DNA from: Eledone cirrhosa
Lineage: Eukaryota
Assembly (NCBI GenBank): GCA_964016885.1
Contig: OZ024744.1
Span: 73,718,001 to 73,782,000 of the forward strand
Direction of reading: 5' to 3'
Length of the DNA: 64,000 nt
Positions 12,690 through 24,692 of this stretch are shown here, piece after piece. Within the stretch, counting starts at the first letter, position 1, and the number at the start of each line of letters is the position of its first letter. A program made the translations under genes and the position numbers. The notes under the pieces were generated by a model. The model saw only the letters and a list, made by a program, of their open reading frames with translations. It did no database searches and was not told where the DNA came from.

Positions 12690-12877
12690 GTGGATTGGCA
12701 GTATCGGTAGAGAGCCGGACGCCATTCTTTGACGCATAGAGTTACGGCCCTTGACATTCTGAGTTCAAATCCCGCCGAAGTTAACTTTGCCTTTCATCCT
12801 TACGGAGTCGATAAAATAAAGTACCAGTAATGCACTGGGTAATTGCTGGCCTTGTGCCAAAAGTAGAAACAATTATT
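12690..12877 (+). mobile_element. SINE S1
   Basis: Same A/B boxes, core and tail as 4693-4880. Confidence 0.9.
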
Positions 12878-13159
12878 GTTACTGTTTTCTAGTGTTATAT
12901 ATATTTACAATTTCTTTTATTTGTTATTCCCACTATTTTCTCTTCAGTGATGTCCTCTTTCTTTCACTTGATGTAAAATCCACGTTGTGTCGTTTACTTT
13001 GTATTGTCACCAATGTCTTGGCCCCTTGTAATTATTATTATTTTGTTTATTTGTCGACACTATTGCACATCGCTACTGCAAGTTTGTTATTACTATTGTT
13101 ACATAAAGTTATATATTGAACATTTGTTACCTTTTTATAAATACATCAACTAGGATCTT

Positions 13160-14343
13160 AGGAAGCTGGTTAGTATTAATCCCTGGATTTGATCAAATGA
13201 AAGCTTTCGTTAAGGCCGGCCATTGTTATCTGGAAGCTGTCTTCAACGCAGCCTGTTTCGGTCCCGTCTTCACAGGCTGGATCGCTGCATTGCACAGTGG
13301 TATCTACTCGGGGGTCAAAGTAAATGGCTACATATCGGAACCTTTCCAGATAACACGATCGGTCTGTTGAGGGTGCCCTCTCTCTTTCCTTTGTACGTAC
13401 TGTCTCTTAAGCCACTACTGCGGAAGCCGGGAGCAGTAAGTGCTGCATCGGAATATGCGTATGAGGTCACTGTTATGGTGTCAAACACCTCAGAATACAC
13501 AACTTCTTAGAGAAATATGACGTAAGCAAAGATCAACCCGGAGAAGTTGATAGGTTTGCGCCTCCGAACCTGAAGAGGCAAATCTATGCCATTCAACAGT
13601 GCCGTCGGACGCTTGAGAGATGTTCTGGTGAAGTTGCTCGGGGTCTGATTTAGAGCAGACCTCTAGCTGGATAAGAACTGGGACGAGGTAACGAGTAGTT
13701 TAACCACTCTTACCCATAAATTGGCCAAGAGGAAGTTATCCCAGAAAGATTGAGTGGAGGTGACGAACGCTTGGACCGCGTCCGTCTATTACCATTCATC
13801 TGTTACCACCAGACCATCATGCTTTGCCCCCGTCCATGCCCCTTCAAATTGGAGAGCCTACTTTTCAATTTCTTGTGGAAGGGACAGGTTCCATTGGTGA
13901 AATGGTACATCTGCTGCCAGCATCCTCTACACAGACGGCTGGCCATGCCTCGGCTGATGATGTGCAAACATGTGCTCAGGCTACGACATCTCCTGATATT
14001 CCTAAATGCTGAATAGATGTGGTCACTGTTTGTGAGACATGTTTTTCCGCAGATCATCACTCTGACTAAGCTGCAGCCGTGAATCGAGCGAAGACAGAGG
14101 GTAAGGGCGCCACACTGCATGAATGCTGTTAGGCACTCTCATCCCTCTATAAGTCTAGCAATGCAGTCAGTGGACAAGTTGTTCCGGAGAACTTACGAGC
14201 CAGGGACTATGGACAAATTTTCAGAAATCCATGGTTTGGCTGTGCTACCGGGGGCACAGCCAGTTCGAGACATACAAACTTAAAGGTATAGTAGTGCAGT
14301 CATCTGGACCTGAACGAAATGCACACAGAGCAATGAAACCGTA
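13160..14343 (+). mobile_element. Tx1-clade ORF2 remnant (T2, old)
   Basis: Decayed FDQMKAF, GCPLS and FLWKGQVPLV...CCQHPL motifs; many stops; ends in (GTA)n. Confidence 0.8.
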
Positions 14344-14350
14344 GTAGTAT

Positions 14351-14407
<57 letters not shown>

Positions 14408-14490
14408 CAGTAGCAGCAGCAGCAGAAGTTGTAGTAGTAGTAGTAATAGTAGTAGTAGCACCAGCAGCACCATTATTATTATTATTATTA

Positions 14491-15128
14491 TTGTGGAAGG
14501 GACGCGCTCCGATGGTCAGACGGTCCATCTGCTGTCAACACCCGCTACGTGGAGGGCTGGGCATGCCGTGGCTGATGATGCGCAGACACGCGCTCAGGCT
14601 ACGACATCTCCACTTCTTCCTCGACGGTGATCAGGTGTGGTCGCCGTTTGCTAGACACGTCTTTCCCCAGCTCGTTTCCTTGACGGAGCTGCAGTCCTGG
14701 GTCAAGCGAAGACCGAGAGGGAGCGATTGGAGACTGGAATGTCTTCAGGCGTTCACGGCCCTCGACCAGTCAGGCAATGTGATCGGTGGAAACTCCACCT
14801 TGGCGTTCTATAGAGGATTAGTGGAGGGGAAGGGCGACGATGTACTTGGGGAAACTCTAGGCGTCGACGAAAATCAACTAGCCAATCTCTTCGGAAGAAC
14901 TTTCGGGCCTGGGCCTATGGACAAGGGTCACTGTGGCCTTTTAATGGGTTTTCTCCACAAATGTCGCTCGGAAGTCTCCCCCCTTTTGGGGAATTTTTCA
15001 TTGTTATTTTTTTTATTACATCCTCTGTTTTTTTTTACACGCAGAAATGCCCATTTGTACCGTCCTGTATTGTCCTGTACTGTCCTTAATGTCTACTTTA
15101 TGTAAACCTTTGTGGTTAATAAAGAAAA

Positions 15129-15186
<58 letters not shown>
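14491..15186 (+). mobile_element. Tx1-clade 5'-truncated copy (T3) with internal deletion and (ATT)n tail
   Basis: WKGRAPMVRRSICCQHPLRGGLGMP; jumps to the 3' UTR at about 14925; AATAAAGAAA followed by (ATT)n. Confidence 0.88.
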
Positions 15187-17050
15187 GGCTGGAAATCCGA
15201 GTCGGCTTACGCTGACGACGTCACCGTCGTGGGGTCGAGCACCAGACACGTCCAGATGCTCGGCACCGATCTCAAGGAATACGAAGCGGTGACAGGAGCA
15301 AAGATAAACCAGGAAAAGTAGGTGGGCTTGCACCTCGGCACCTGCAGAGGCAAGTCCATGCCGTCCGACAGCGTTGTGGGGCGTTAGACGGACGGACTGG
15401 TTAAATTGCTCGGGGTCTGGTTCGGACCGGAAAAACTGGAACGAGGTGTCGAGCAGGGTGGCCTCCTTCACCCAGAAATGGGCTGCGAGGAAGCTGTCCT
15501 TGAAAGGCCGGGCGGAAGTGGCGAATGCGTACATCGCATCCGTCATCTGCTACCGCCTCACCGTCGTCCCTTGCTCCAGCCCAACTCTCACCAAAATGGA
15601 GCGCCTCCTCTTCCGCTTTTTGTGGAAGGGACGCACTCCCATGGTCAGACGATTCATCTGCTGTCAACACCCGTTGCGTGGAGAACTAGGCATGCCGTGG
15701 CTGATAATGCGCAAACATGCGCTGAGGCTGCGACATCTCTGGTGCTTCCTTGAAGGTGAACGGGTGTGGTCGCCGTTCGCCAGGCACGTTTTCCCACAGC
15801 TCGTCTCCTTGACGGAGCTGCAGTCCTGTGTCAGAAAAAGACCGAGGGATAGCGCTTGGAAACTGGAATGTCTCCAGGCGCTCACTGCCCACTCCCAGTT
15901 GTGCACCAGTATCGGTGGAACATCCACCTCGGCGTTCTATAGAGGACTAGTGGAGGAGAAGAGCGACGACGTTCTAGGAGAGAGCCTGGGCGTCGAAGAA
16001 GATCAGCTGTTTGCTCTCTTCCGGAGAACTTTCAGCCCGGGGCCTATGGATAACTTCCAAAAATCCCTGGCCTGGCAGTGCTACCGGGGAGCGCTGCCGG
16101 TTCGAGATAAGCTCTACAGGCACGGAAGTGCAGTCAGCCGAGCCTGTCCGAGATGCGCGCAGAGCGACGAAACCGTTGTGCACGCACTTGTTCAGTGCCC
16201 GAGCATTGCTGACTTGTGGAGCTATGTCGAACAGTTGCTGTCACGTGTGGGATCGATCCGGTAGCCGACTGAGTCCATTGTGCTGATGGTCTCGCCGTCT
16301 TCCTTCGAGGAGGAAGGGCAGGCGGTTTTCATCTGCCTGGTGGCCATGGCGAAAGAGATTGTGTGGTGGACAAGGTTAAAAGGGTTGAAGACAAACACTT
16401 TCCTCTTCGGCGAATCCCTAATTAACTTTTTCAAGTTTCACTTGAAGAGTAAAATCAGGGTGGCGAGGCAATTGCTGCCTTCTAGCAAGTTTGTTGAAAG
16501 GTGGGTGAATGTAGCGAGAATGGTCCGAGTGAACGGGACCGCTCTGAATATACGTCTGTAGTTTGAGAGATGGAAAAATTGATAGAGGGCGCTTGCCCTG
16601 CTGGCCAGGGTGGCCGTGGTCTTTTGTGTGGTTTTCGCCACGAGTAACCCTCGGAGGTTTCCCTCTTATTGGGGAATTTTTTATTGTTTCAAATTTCATT
16701 TTTATTGTTTATATATATATATGTTTCTATGACCTATTTTTTCTTTTCTTATATAAATAATTGTTTCTACTTTTGGCACAAGGCCAGCAATTACCCAGTG
16801 CATTACTGGTACTTTATTTTATCGACCCCGTAAGGATGAAAGGCAAAGTCAACCTCGGCGGGATTTGAACTCAGATCGTAAAGGGACGTAACTATGCTGG
16901 AAAGCATGGCGTCCAACCCTCTACCGATACTGCCAATCCACCGCTTATATAAATAATAAAAATATTTACACGCACAAAACCCACATCGTACCGTCCTGTA
17001 CCGTCATGTGATGTATTTCTTGATGTCAGCCCTTGTGGCCAATAAAGAAA

Positions 17051-17088
<38 letters not shown>
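15187..17088 (+). mobile_element. Tx1-clade 5'-truncated copy (T4) from YADD to (ATT)n tail
   Basis: SAYADDVTV; zinc finger CPRCAQSDETVVHALVQC; stop about 16561; SINE inserted in the 3' UTR. Confidence 0.9.
16756..16944 (-). mobile_element. SINE S1 inserted in Tx1 3' UTR with 12-bp TSD
   Basis: TTATATAAATAA at 16749-16760 and 16945-16956. Confidence 0.92.
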
Positions 17089-17128
17089 GAATGCTATGGT
17101 TGACGGAGGCTGGGCTCTGTAAGGTATT

Positions 17129-18300
17129 GGGACGCGCTCCGATGGTCAGGCGGTCCATCTGCTGTCAACATCCGCTATGTGGAGGGCTGGGAATGCCGTG
17201 GCTGATGATGCGCAGACACGCGCTCAGGCTACGACATCTCCACCTCTTCCTCGACGGTGAGCAGGTGTGGTCGCCGTTTGCTAGACACGTATTTCCCCAG
17301 CTCGTTTCCTTGACGGAGCTGCAGTCCTGGGTCAAGCGAAGACCGAGAGGGAGCGCCTGGAGACTGGAATATCTTCAGGCACTCACAGCCCTCGACCAAT
17401 CGGGCAATGTGATCGGTGGAAACTCCACCTCGGCGTTCTATAGAGGATTAGTGGAGGGGATGAGTGACGACGTACTTGGGGAAACTCTAGGCGTCGACGA
17501 AAATCAACTAGCCAATCTCTTCGGAAGAACTTTCGGGCCGGGACCTATGGACAACTTCCAGAAATCTCTGGCCTGGCAGTGCTACCGAGGAGCCTTGCCA
17601 GTTCGGGATAAACTCTACATGCATGGAGGTGTCGTCAGCCAGGCATGACCGAGATGCGCGCAGGGCGACGAAACCGTCCTGCACGCACTCGTCCAGTGTC
17701 CGAAAATTGCTGACTTGTGGGTTTATGTCGAACACCTGCTGTCACGTGTGGGACGGATCCGGCTATCATCTGAGTCCATCGTGAGGATTGCCCCGCCCTC
17801 TTCCTTTAGCTGGGAAGGGCAGGCAGTTTTTATTTGTCTGGTGGCCATGGCGAAATAGATAGTATGGTGGACACGTTTGAAAGGGCTGAAGACGAGCACT
17901 TACCTCTTCGGTGATGCCCTGATTAACGTTTTCAAATTTCATTTGAAAAGGAAAATCAGGGTAGAGAGGGAAGTGCTCTCTTCCCAGCACTTTGTTGAAA
18001 GATGGGTGAGAGAAGCAAGAATGGCACGATTGAATGGGTCTACTGTGAGTACGTATCTGTAAATTAAAGGTGGAAAACTGGGAGAGGACACTTGCCTTTT
18101 ACTGGGCTTTCTCCACAAATGTCCCTCCGAAGTCTCCCCCCTATTGGGGAATTTTTCATTGTTATTTTTTTGTTACATCCTCTGTTTTTGTTCTTTACAC
18201 GCAGAAATGCCCATTTGTACCGTCCTGTATTGTCCTGCACTGTCCTTAATGTCTACTTTATGTAAACCCTTGTGGTTAATAAAAAAACAATTATTATTAT
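17129..18300 (+). mobile_element. Tx1-clade 5'-truncated copy (T5)
   Basis: Near-identical to T3/T7 ORF2 C-terminus and 3' UTR. Confidence 0.9.
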
Positions 18301-21300
18301 TATTGTTATTCTTCTTATTATCATTTTTGTTATTATTATTATTATTACAGTTGCATTTATCTTGCTTTATGTTCATACGAGTTATCACCAAGTCACAACC
18401 AGTGACCTCAAGAGACAACAAGGTACGCCATGTTCAAGAAAGAACATACATACTCACACATGCATCTTTAGTGTTTAGACTTGTGATGTACTTATATTGA
18501 CAGAATCTTCCGTAGTATATGGGCAGTTTCCATTAGTACTATCTTTTGTATTTCTCCTATACGCGGGTTTCCTGGGATTTGCGATAAGTAATCATTTGAC
18601 CCCTTAGGTATCATTCCCAGAGCGCCTACAACCACTGGTATTGTTTTAGTTCTCAATTTCCACATCTTTCCAATTTCTATCTCCAGGTCCTTATACTTGC
18701 TCAATTTTTCAAATGTTTTTATAGATACATTCTTGTCTATTGGAACGGAGATATCAATTAGCAGGGATACCCTCTTTTTAAAGTCCTTCAATACTATATC
18801 AGGTCTATTTGCATCTATTTTTCGGTCTGTTTGGATGCTAAAGTTCCACAAGATTGAGATGTGATCTTTTTCAAGTATGGGAGGTGGTTGATGCTCCCAC
18901 CAATTCTTTTGATGGGGCAGGTCAAAATGCTTACACATTATCCAATGTATGTATTGTGCAGCTCTGTCATGCCTGTTTAGGTATTCGGTTGGAGCTATAG
19001 GACTGCACATTGAAATTATATGGTCAATGATCTCTGATTGTTTTTTGCATACACGGCATAATGGGCTGCATCCATTTTTTTTTATATTGGCTTGGTAATT
19101 TTTTGTTGGCAGACACTGATCTTGTGCTGATATAATCAGTCCTTCAGTCTCCGATTTCAGTCCAGAGGATACCAACCACTGATGGGTTAAAGTTTTGTCA
19201 ACATCAGGATTGTTAGCTTGTTCTGGATATTTTCCATACTGAGGCTTTTCTTGCTATTTCTTAACCAGTTTCTGTAGCAGTTCTTTCTTTGCAGTTACTT
19301 TTACCTGCTTTGTTTTTTCTGTGTTTTCCATTTCAGCAGTAAATGGGACTTCTGAAATTTGTAGTCCATTACTGTATCTTTGTGCATCTTTTGTAATGGA
19401 ATATGATCTTTTGATGCTTTCGTGTTTCAAAACGAATTTGATCATCCAATAATGTGATTCCCTTAGATATGTAGATAATGCAATTGTTGCAGTTTTCAAC
19501 GCAATGTCTAACTGGACTAACCCACGTCCTCCTTCTTTCCTAGGGAGATATATTCTATCTGTATCTGCCTTAGGGTGATGCATTCTGTGCATGGTTAAGA
19601 ATTTTCGAATTTTTGTATCGAGCCTACGGATCTCTGTGCTTGACCAGTTGATGACATTGTAACTGTAGGTTACTACTCGTATGGCAAGCGTGTTTATGGC
19701 ACCGATCCTATTCCTTGCATTCAATTCCGTTCTTAAGATTGCTCTTACTCTGCGGTAACATTCCTTTCTTATCCTTTCCCTCATTGTCGAGTGCTTGATT
19801 CCATCTCCTTCACAAACACCTAGATATTTGTCAGTTTTTTCTTGATCAAGTTCTCTTATCACGTTCCCCCGATCAAGATTAATGTCTGAACTCTTCAGCA
19901 GCTTTCCTCTGGTGAACGTTGCTTTGGCGCATTTATCTAGTCCAAACTCCATTTTAATGTCATCACTGAACTGCTCCGCAGTGGATAATAGCCCTTGCAA
20001 TTGTTCATCATTTTTTGCAAATAGTTTCAGGTCATCCATGTAGAACAAGTGATTAATGGTTTTGTCATAGACTTTATATCCATGTTTTGTTTCATTGAGC
20101 ATTTTACTTAATGGTATAAGTGCGATGCAGAATAAAAGCGGTGATAAAGAGTCACCCTGAAAAATTCCACAATTAATATTAACTTCTCCAGCTTCCAGAG
20201 ATTTTGTTTCACTATTCAAAAGGAGTGTCGTTTTCCATGTCTTCATACTGAATGACAAAAACCTCCTGACAACGGGGGATATTTTGAAAATCTCTAAACA
20301 TTTTTCAATCCAACTGTGTGGCAAACTATCGAATGCTTTTTTATAATCTATCCAAGCAATCGATAGATTTTTGTGTCTATTATGACAATCTTCCAGTATC
20401 ATTTTGTTAACCAAAAGCTGATCCTTACAGCCATATGAGCCTCGTTTACACCCTTTCTGCTCAATGGGAAATAGGTCATTTGTTATCAGGTGGTCATATG
20501 TGTATTCAGTTAGGACTGATGTTAAAATGTTATACATTGTGGTCAAGCAAGTTATCGGTCTGTAATTTTTGGGATTGTTTGTCTCATCATTCTTCGGAAG
20601 CAGGAATGTAATGCCGTTAACTAGCCATGATGGTATCTTTTCTGGCTCCTTAACTATTTCATTGTAAAGTTGGGCTAACAGCTCATGAGACTCTGTGAAG
20701 GCATTTATCCAAAAATTTTGTATTTTGTCTTTTCCTGGGGATTTCCATTTGCTGGTTTTTCTTAGAGCCAAGCGCAACTGTTCAACTGTTATGTTTTCCC
20801 ATATTTGTTCCTCAAGGTGAGCTGTATCTTTCATTTGTCTGTCTATCCATGGGGCATGTATGTTATGAACTTTTTCTCCGGCCCAGATCTTTTCCAAGAA
20901 TTCTTGCACTTCCTCCTTGGGTGGTATTGTTTTAGCAGTTATTGTTGACTTACCAATTTTTCTGTAGAAGTTTCTTTGGTTGTTTTTGAACATATTATTG
21001 TCCTTATAGAATCTAGATCGTTTTTCAAAGCGCCTTATACGAGCAGCTTTGGCCGACACTTTTTGCTTGATTATTTCTATCAGCATGTCTATGTCACTTG
21101 TTGATTTTATACTATACTTTCTTTTCAATTTTCTAAGTTTAGTTTGTTTAACATGTTCACCTACTTTATAGTTTGTTAAAATTTCTATGTCAGATCGGAG
21201 AAGGTTTATTTGGCGATTGATGTTCTCTTGCCAAGTAGATTTCTTGTGGGAATTCCTTTGTTTTTTCATCTTCACTCCACATAAGTGAGTGGTGACTTTA

Positions 21301-22260
21301 GCCGATGCATAATAGAGATGATTTAAATCAGTAATGTTTAGTTTGTTTGTGATGATAATGTTTTTGAGAATTATGTTAGTCTTGTGTATTATCTTTTGTT
21401 TCTGTTTGGAGTTCTGGATCTTAGGGAGGGTGTCTCGTTGCCCCATGTCAGATTCTTTCATTTTCATCCATTCGATCATAATTTTATCCTTCAAGTTGGC
21501 AAGTTCATTCTCATTCATTTCTTTATCATTTACGATCTCATTATTTTCATTTGGAGTTTCATCTTGAGCATGCACTACCTCCACTTTTTCGATCCTTTCT
21601 TTAATTTGTTCTGTTGCCAGTGATTCCGCCCCAACCCTGGGATTCGAAGTGTTACAATTTACCTCGTTTTCACTGACACATGTTTCATTTTCCCTTTGCT
21701 GACTTTGTGCTAATAGCTTGATCTGATCAATTTCTATATCAGTTAGTAACTTTTTTTTTTACAATATTTCTTCGTATATTGGCCAGTTTGTTACTGTCAA
21801 TATAGCCTCTGTTTTCGGGATGTTTCTTTTTACAGTTGATATATGTCTGTTCTGTATTCGATGTATTTGATGGGTAGTACATGGCAGTGTAGAAAGCCTC
21901 AAGGACTTCTTTATTATCTTCCCTTGACCATTTTTCTCTCTTTTTCTTTGGATTTCTTGGTGGTGAGCATGGAGGGCCAACAGTAGGAGTATTCCGGTTA
22001 TGGGAGGTCTCCAGCTCCGAAGTGATGGGAAGGTTTGAACAATTAGCTGATTTTTCGACCCCAGTCTGGTTCCTCTCTGAGGGACGCGGCCCTTTTTTAC
22101 CCGGGTGACGGCCGTTTTATCCTTATCCGCCAAGGGGTAATCATTTCGTGCTACCACTTCTAGAACGAGTGTCAACCAAGACTAGAGGGGTCGTTCTCCC
22201 CTAGAGACACGACTATTCCCCGCCGGCCGCCATCCCGGTATTTCTAGGTCACGGGGTTTT
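18291..22260 (-). mobile_element. R4/Dong-clade non-LTR retrotransposon, near full length
   Basis: Single RT+RLE ORF, GC-rich 5' end, 3' UTR ending in degenerate (TAA)n. Confidence 0.88.
18492..21960 (-). pseudogene. RT + CCHC + restriction-like endonuclease ORF (one in-frame stop at about 19254, frameshift at about 21600)
   Basis: WIDYKKAFDSLPHSWI, GIFQGDSLSPLLF, HLFYMDDLKLFA, CRVC...HIISMC, RHD, RPDIV, KLSKY motifs; ORFs 19254..21584 and 18492..19175 share a frame. Confidence 0.9.
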
Positions 22261-22515
22261 CTTTTTTGTTGTTTTTTTAAATTGTTATTATCATGAGTGG
22301 TTCCTTAATGTGAGCATTGCGTGGCTTAAGAATGAAATTATTAATAATAATAATTGTCTCCACTCCAGGCACAAGGCCAGCAATCAGCCAGTGCATTACA
22401 ATAATATAATATACTTTTTGCTGAAGTTGCCTGTTATTGTTGTTGGCTATGTCGGTGGTGGTGCTGGAGTTTTTTATATTGTTGGTGAGGAAGGGGGGAG
22501 CCAGCAGTGCCATAG

Positions 22516-22556
<41 letters not shown>

Positions 22557-22621
22557 GACGCATATGTGTGAAGACAGTACAAGTTGCGGGGGGAACGGTT
22601 CGTAACTTTAACCTGTTTTAA

Positions 22622-24665
22622 ATGGAAATTTTCGACCTTGAAACGGTAAACAATGTTCAGGTCAAAAGTTTAAAGGCAGCCACTGTAGATTTCACCAGAA
22701 CTACGACGGCTACAGTCATGCCTGTCGTCCACTCTACTGAATGTGAAGGCAAAACTCAAAAGCTACCATCACAACCTTCTGTGTTAGTAGCAGTATCATC
22801 TGAAAACGACATCATCACCACCACCACCGCCACCGCCACCATCGCTACCACCACCACCACCACCACCACAACAACAACAACAACTCAGAGCAACAACGAC
22901 AATAACACCGACAGCTTCAATGTAAAGACGGATGGCGGTGGCAACAGCAACAACAAACAAAACAACAACAACAACACCAATAACAACAGCAAGAACGACA
23001 ACACTACAACAGGAGCATCAGAAGCACCCCATTTGCTGCAGCAGCAGCAAAAACAAAGCGCTTATTGGATATTGATATTAGCGATAAAGACGAACAGTTG
23101 ACCCAGGCGTGGAGGCTAATTAAACGGGAGAAGTCCTGGGCAAACCTGACCATCCCGGACGAGGCAATAGCGGCCATGCAAAGGAGGACGGTGTAATTTC
23201 GATGCATTTCGGTGCAGACACGAACAGTGGAACTTGCCAGCCAAGCAGAGGTCGAGGCTACTTTGGAGAACATCGGAAGTGACATAGAGTATAAAGCAAG
23301 AGCCAAAAGGTTCGGTACCATTTCGGTACTGTTCAAAACCGAGACCCATGCTATTAAGCACTCGGTGACCCCCTGCAGAACGGAACGCATTATCATGCAC
23401 CCGTCCTACAAGGGTAAAAGGACAGTAAAGATCCGCATTCCCAGCATCCCTCCAGGAATTAACATATGGTGGCTGCTGGGATGCGTAATCGAGGAGGGGG
23501 CAGGCACTACCCTCCTGGATATCAAAAGGACAGAGAGAGAAGACTGGTCCGGAATGAATTTGGAGATTCTTCTCCAAATAAAACCGGAGGACATGAACAA
23601 CATCCCGGATTTTTCCCGCCTGCAGGACGGGACAACAATCCAACTAATCACTGAGGGAAGAAGGCCACACTGCTTCGTCTGCGGGGAAGCAACGCATCTG
23701 CAAGCCTTCTGCCCTCAGCGCAAAAATCCAGGGAGCCGCAAACCTCCTTTGTTGCCAACGCCAGTGTCAGCACAGAAAGCTGCACCACCACCACCCAAAA
23801 CAACACCAACAAAGACACGGACACCAACATCAAAAACAGCCGGACCACCACCAACATCAAAAACAGCCGGACAACCACCAACACCGAAACCAATCCAAGG
23901 GGAAAACGAGGAAAGCTCTCCCACTCCCCCTACCCCCCCCTCATTATACACATAGACAAAACACTAAACGTACACGCAGACACAGAGACACTCACAGCCA
24001 CAGACCATTTGTCTTCCAGCAGCGAAGATGAAGGAAAACTCAAATGTTAAAAAAAAACAGAGAAAACTCACAAAAATAATCCCCAACAAAACACAAATAC
24101 AGACACAACAAAAAATACACACACCACTAACGCAAACACTTCCCCAATAACATCAGCACCAACAGCAACATCGACACCACCCCCACAATCTCCGAAACGC
24201 AAACAATCTAAACAAACACAAGTACAAATAAACACATAAATACCCGAAATTGCAGACGCCACACCTACAACAAACACAGACATACCCGAAACAACACCAC
24301 CAAAACCATCACCACCACAGTCACCAACACGAAAACAAATAAAACCACTCCAACAAAATGTTAAAAACTTCATGCTTGTGCGAAGGGCCAACGATAAACT
24401 GATGGCCCTCTTAGCACGAAGCGAAGACATTCAAACAGAGGGGGAGATCTTTGAAATGAGCACATTTTGCGTGCCAGAAGATTTGCTTCTGGTCCGAATG
24501 TCACTCGATTCCTTCAAAGAATTAATTCGAGAGAGCTTTCCTCAAGACGTGGGAACCCCGAATGTGAAACCCACATCGAGACTTTTAAAGGGGTTCCCAA
24601 AAGAAACCCGACCAACCATGGAGGTCGAACCACCCGACCTTCACAAGACCCCGGGAGGTAAGTAA
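22622..24665 (+). pseudogene. Tx1 ORF1 (gag-like, CCHC knuckle), frameshifted
   Basis: EGRRPHCFVCGEATHLQAFCP (C-X2-C-X4-H-X4-C) followed by a Pro/Thr-rich region. Confidence 0.85.
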
Positions 24666-24692
24666 ACTCCCTCTCTCTTTTAGCTTGCCAAC

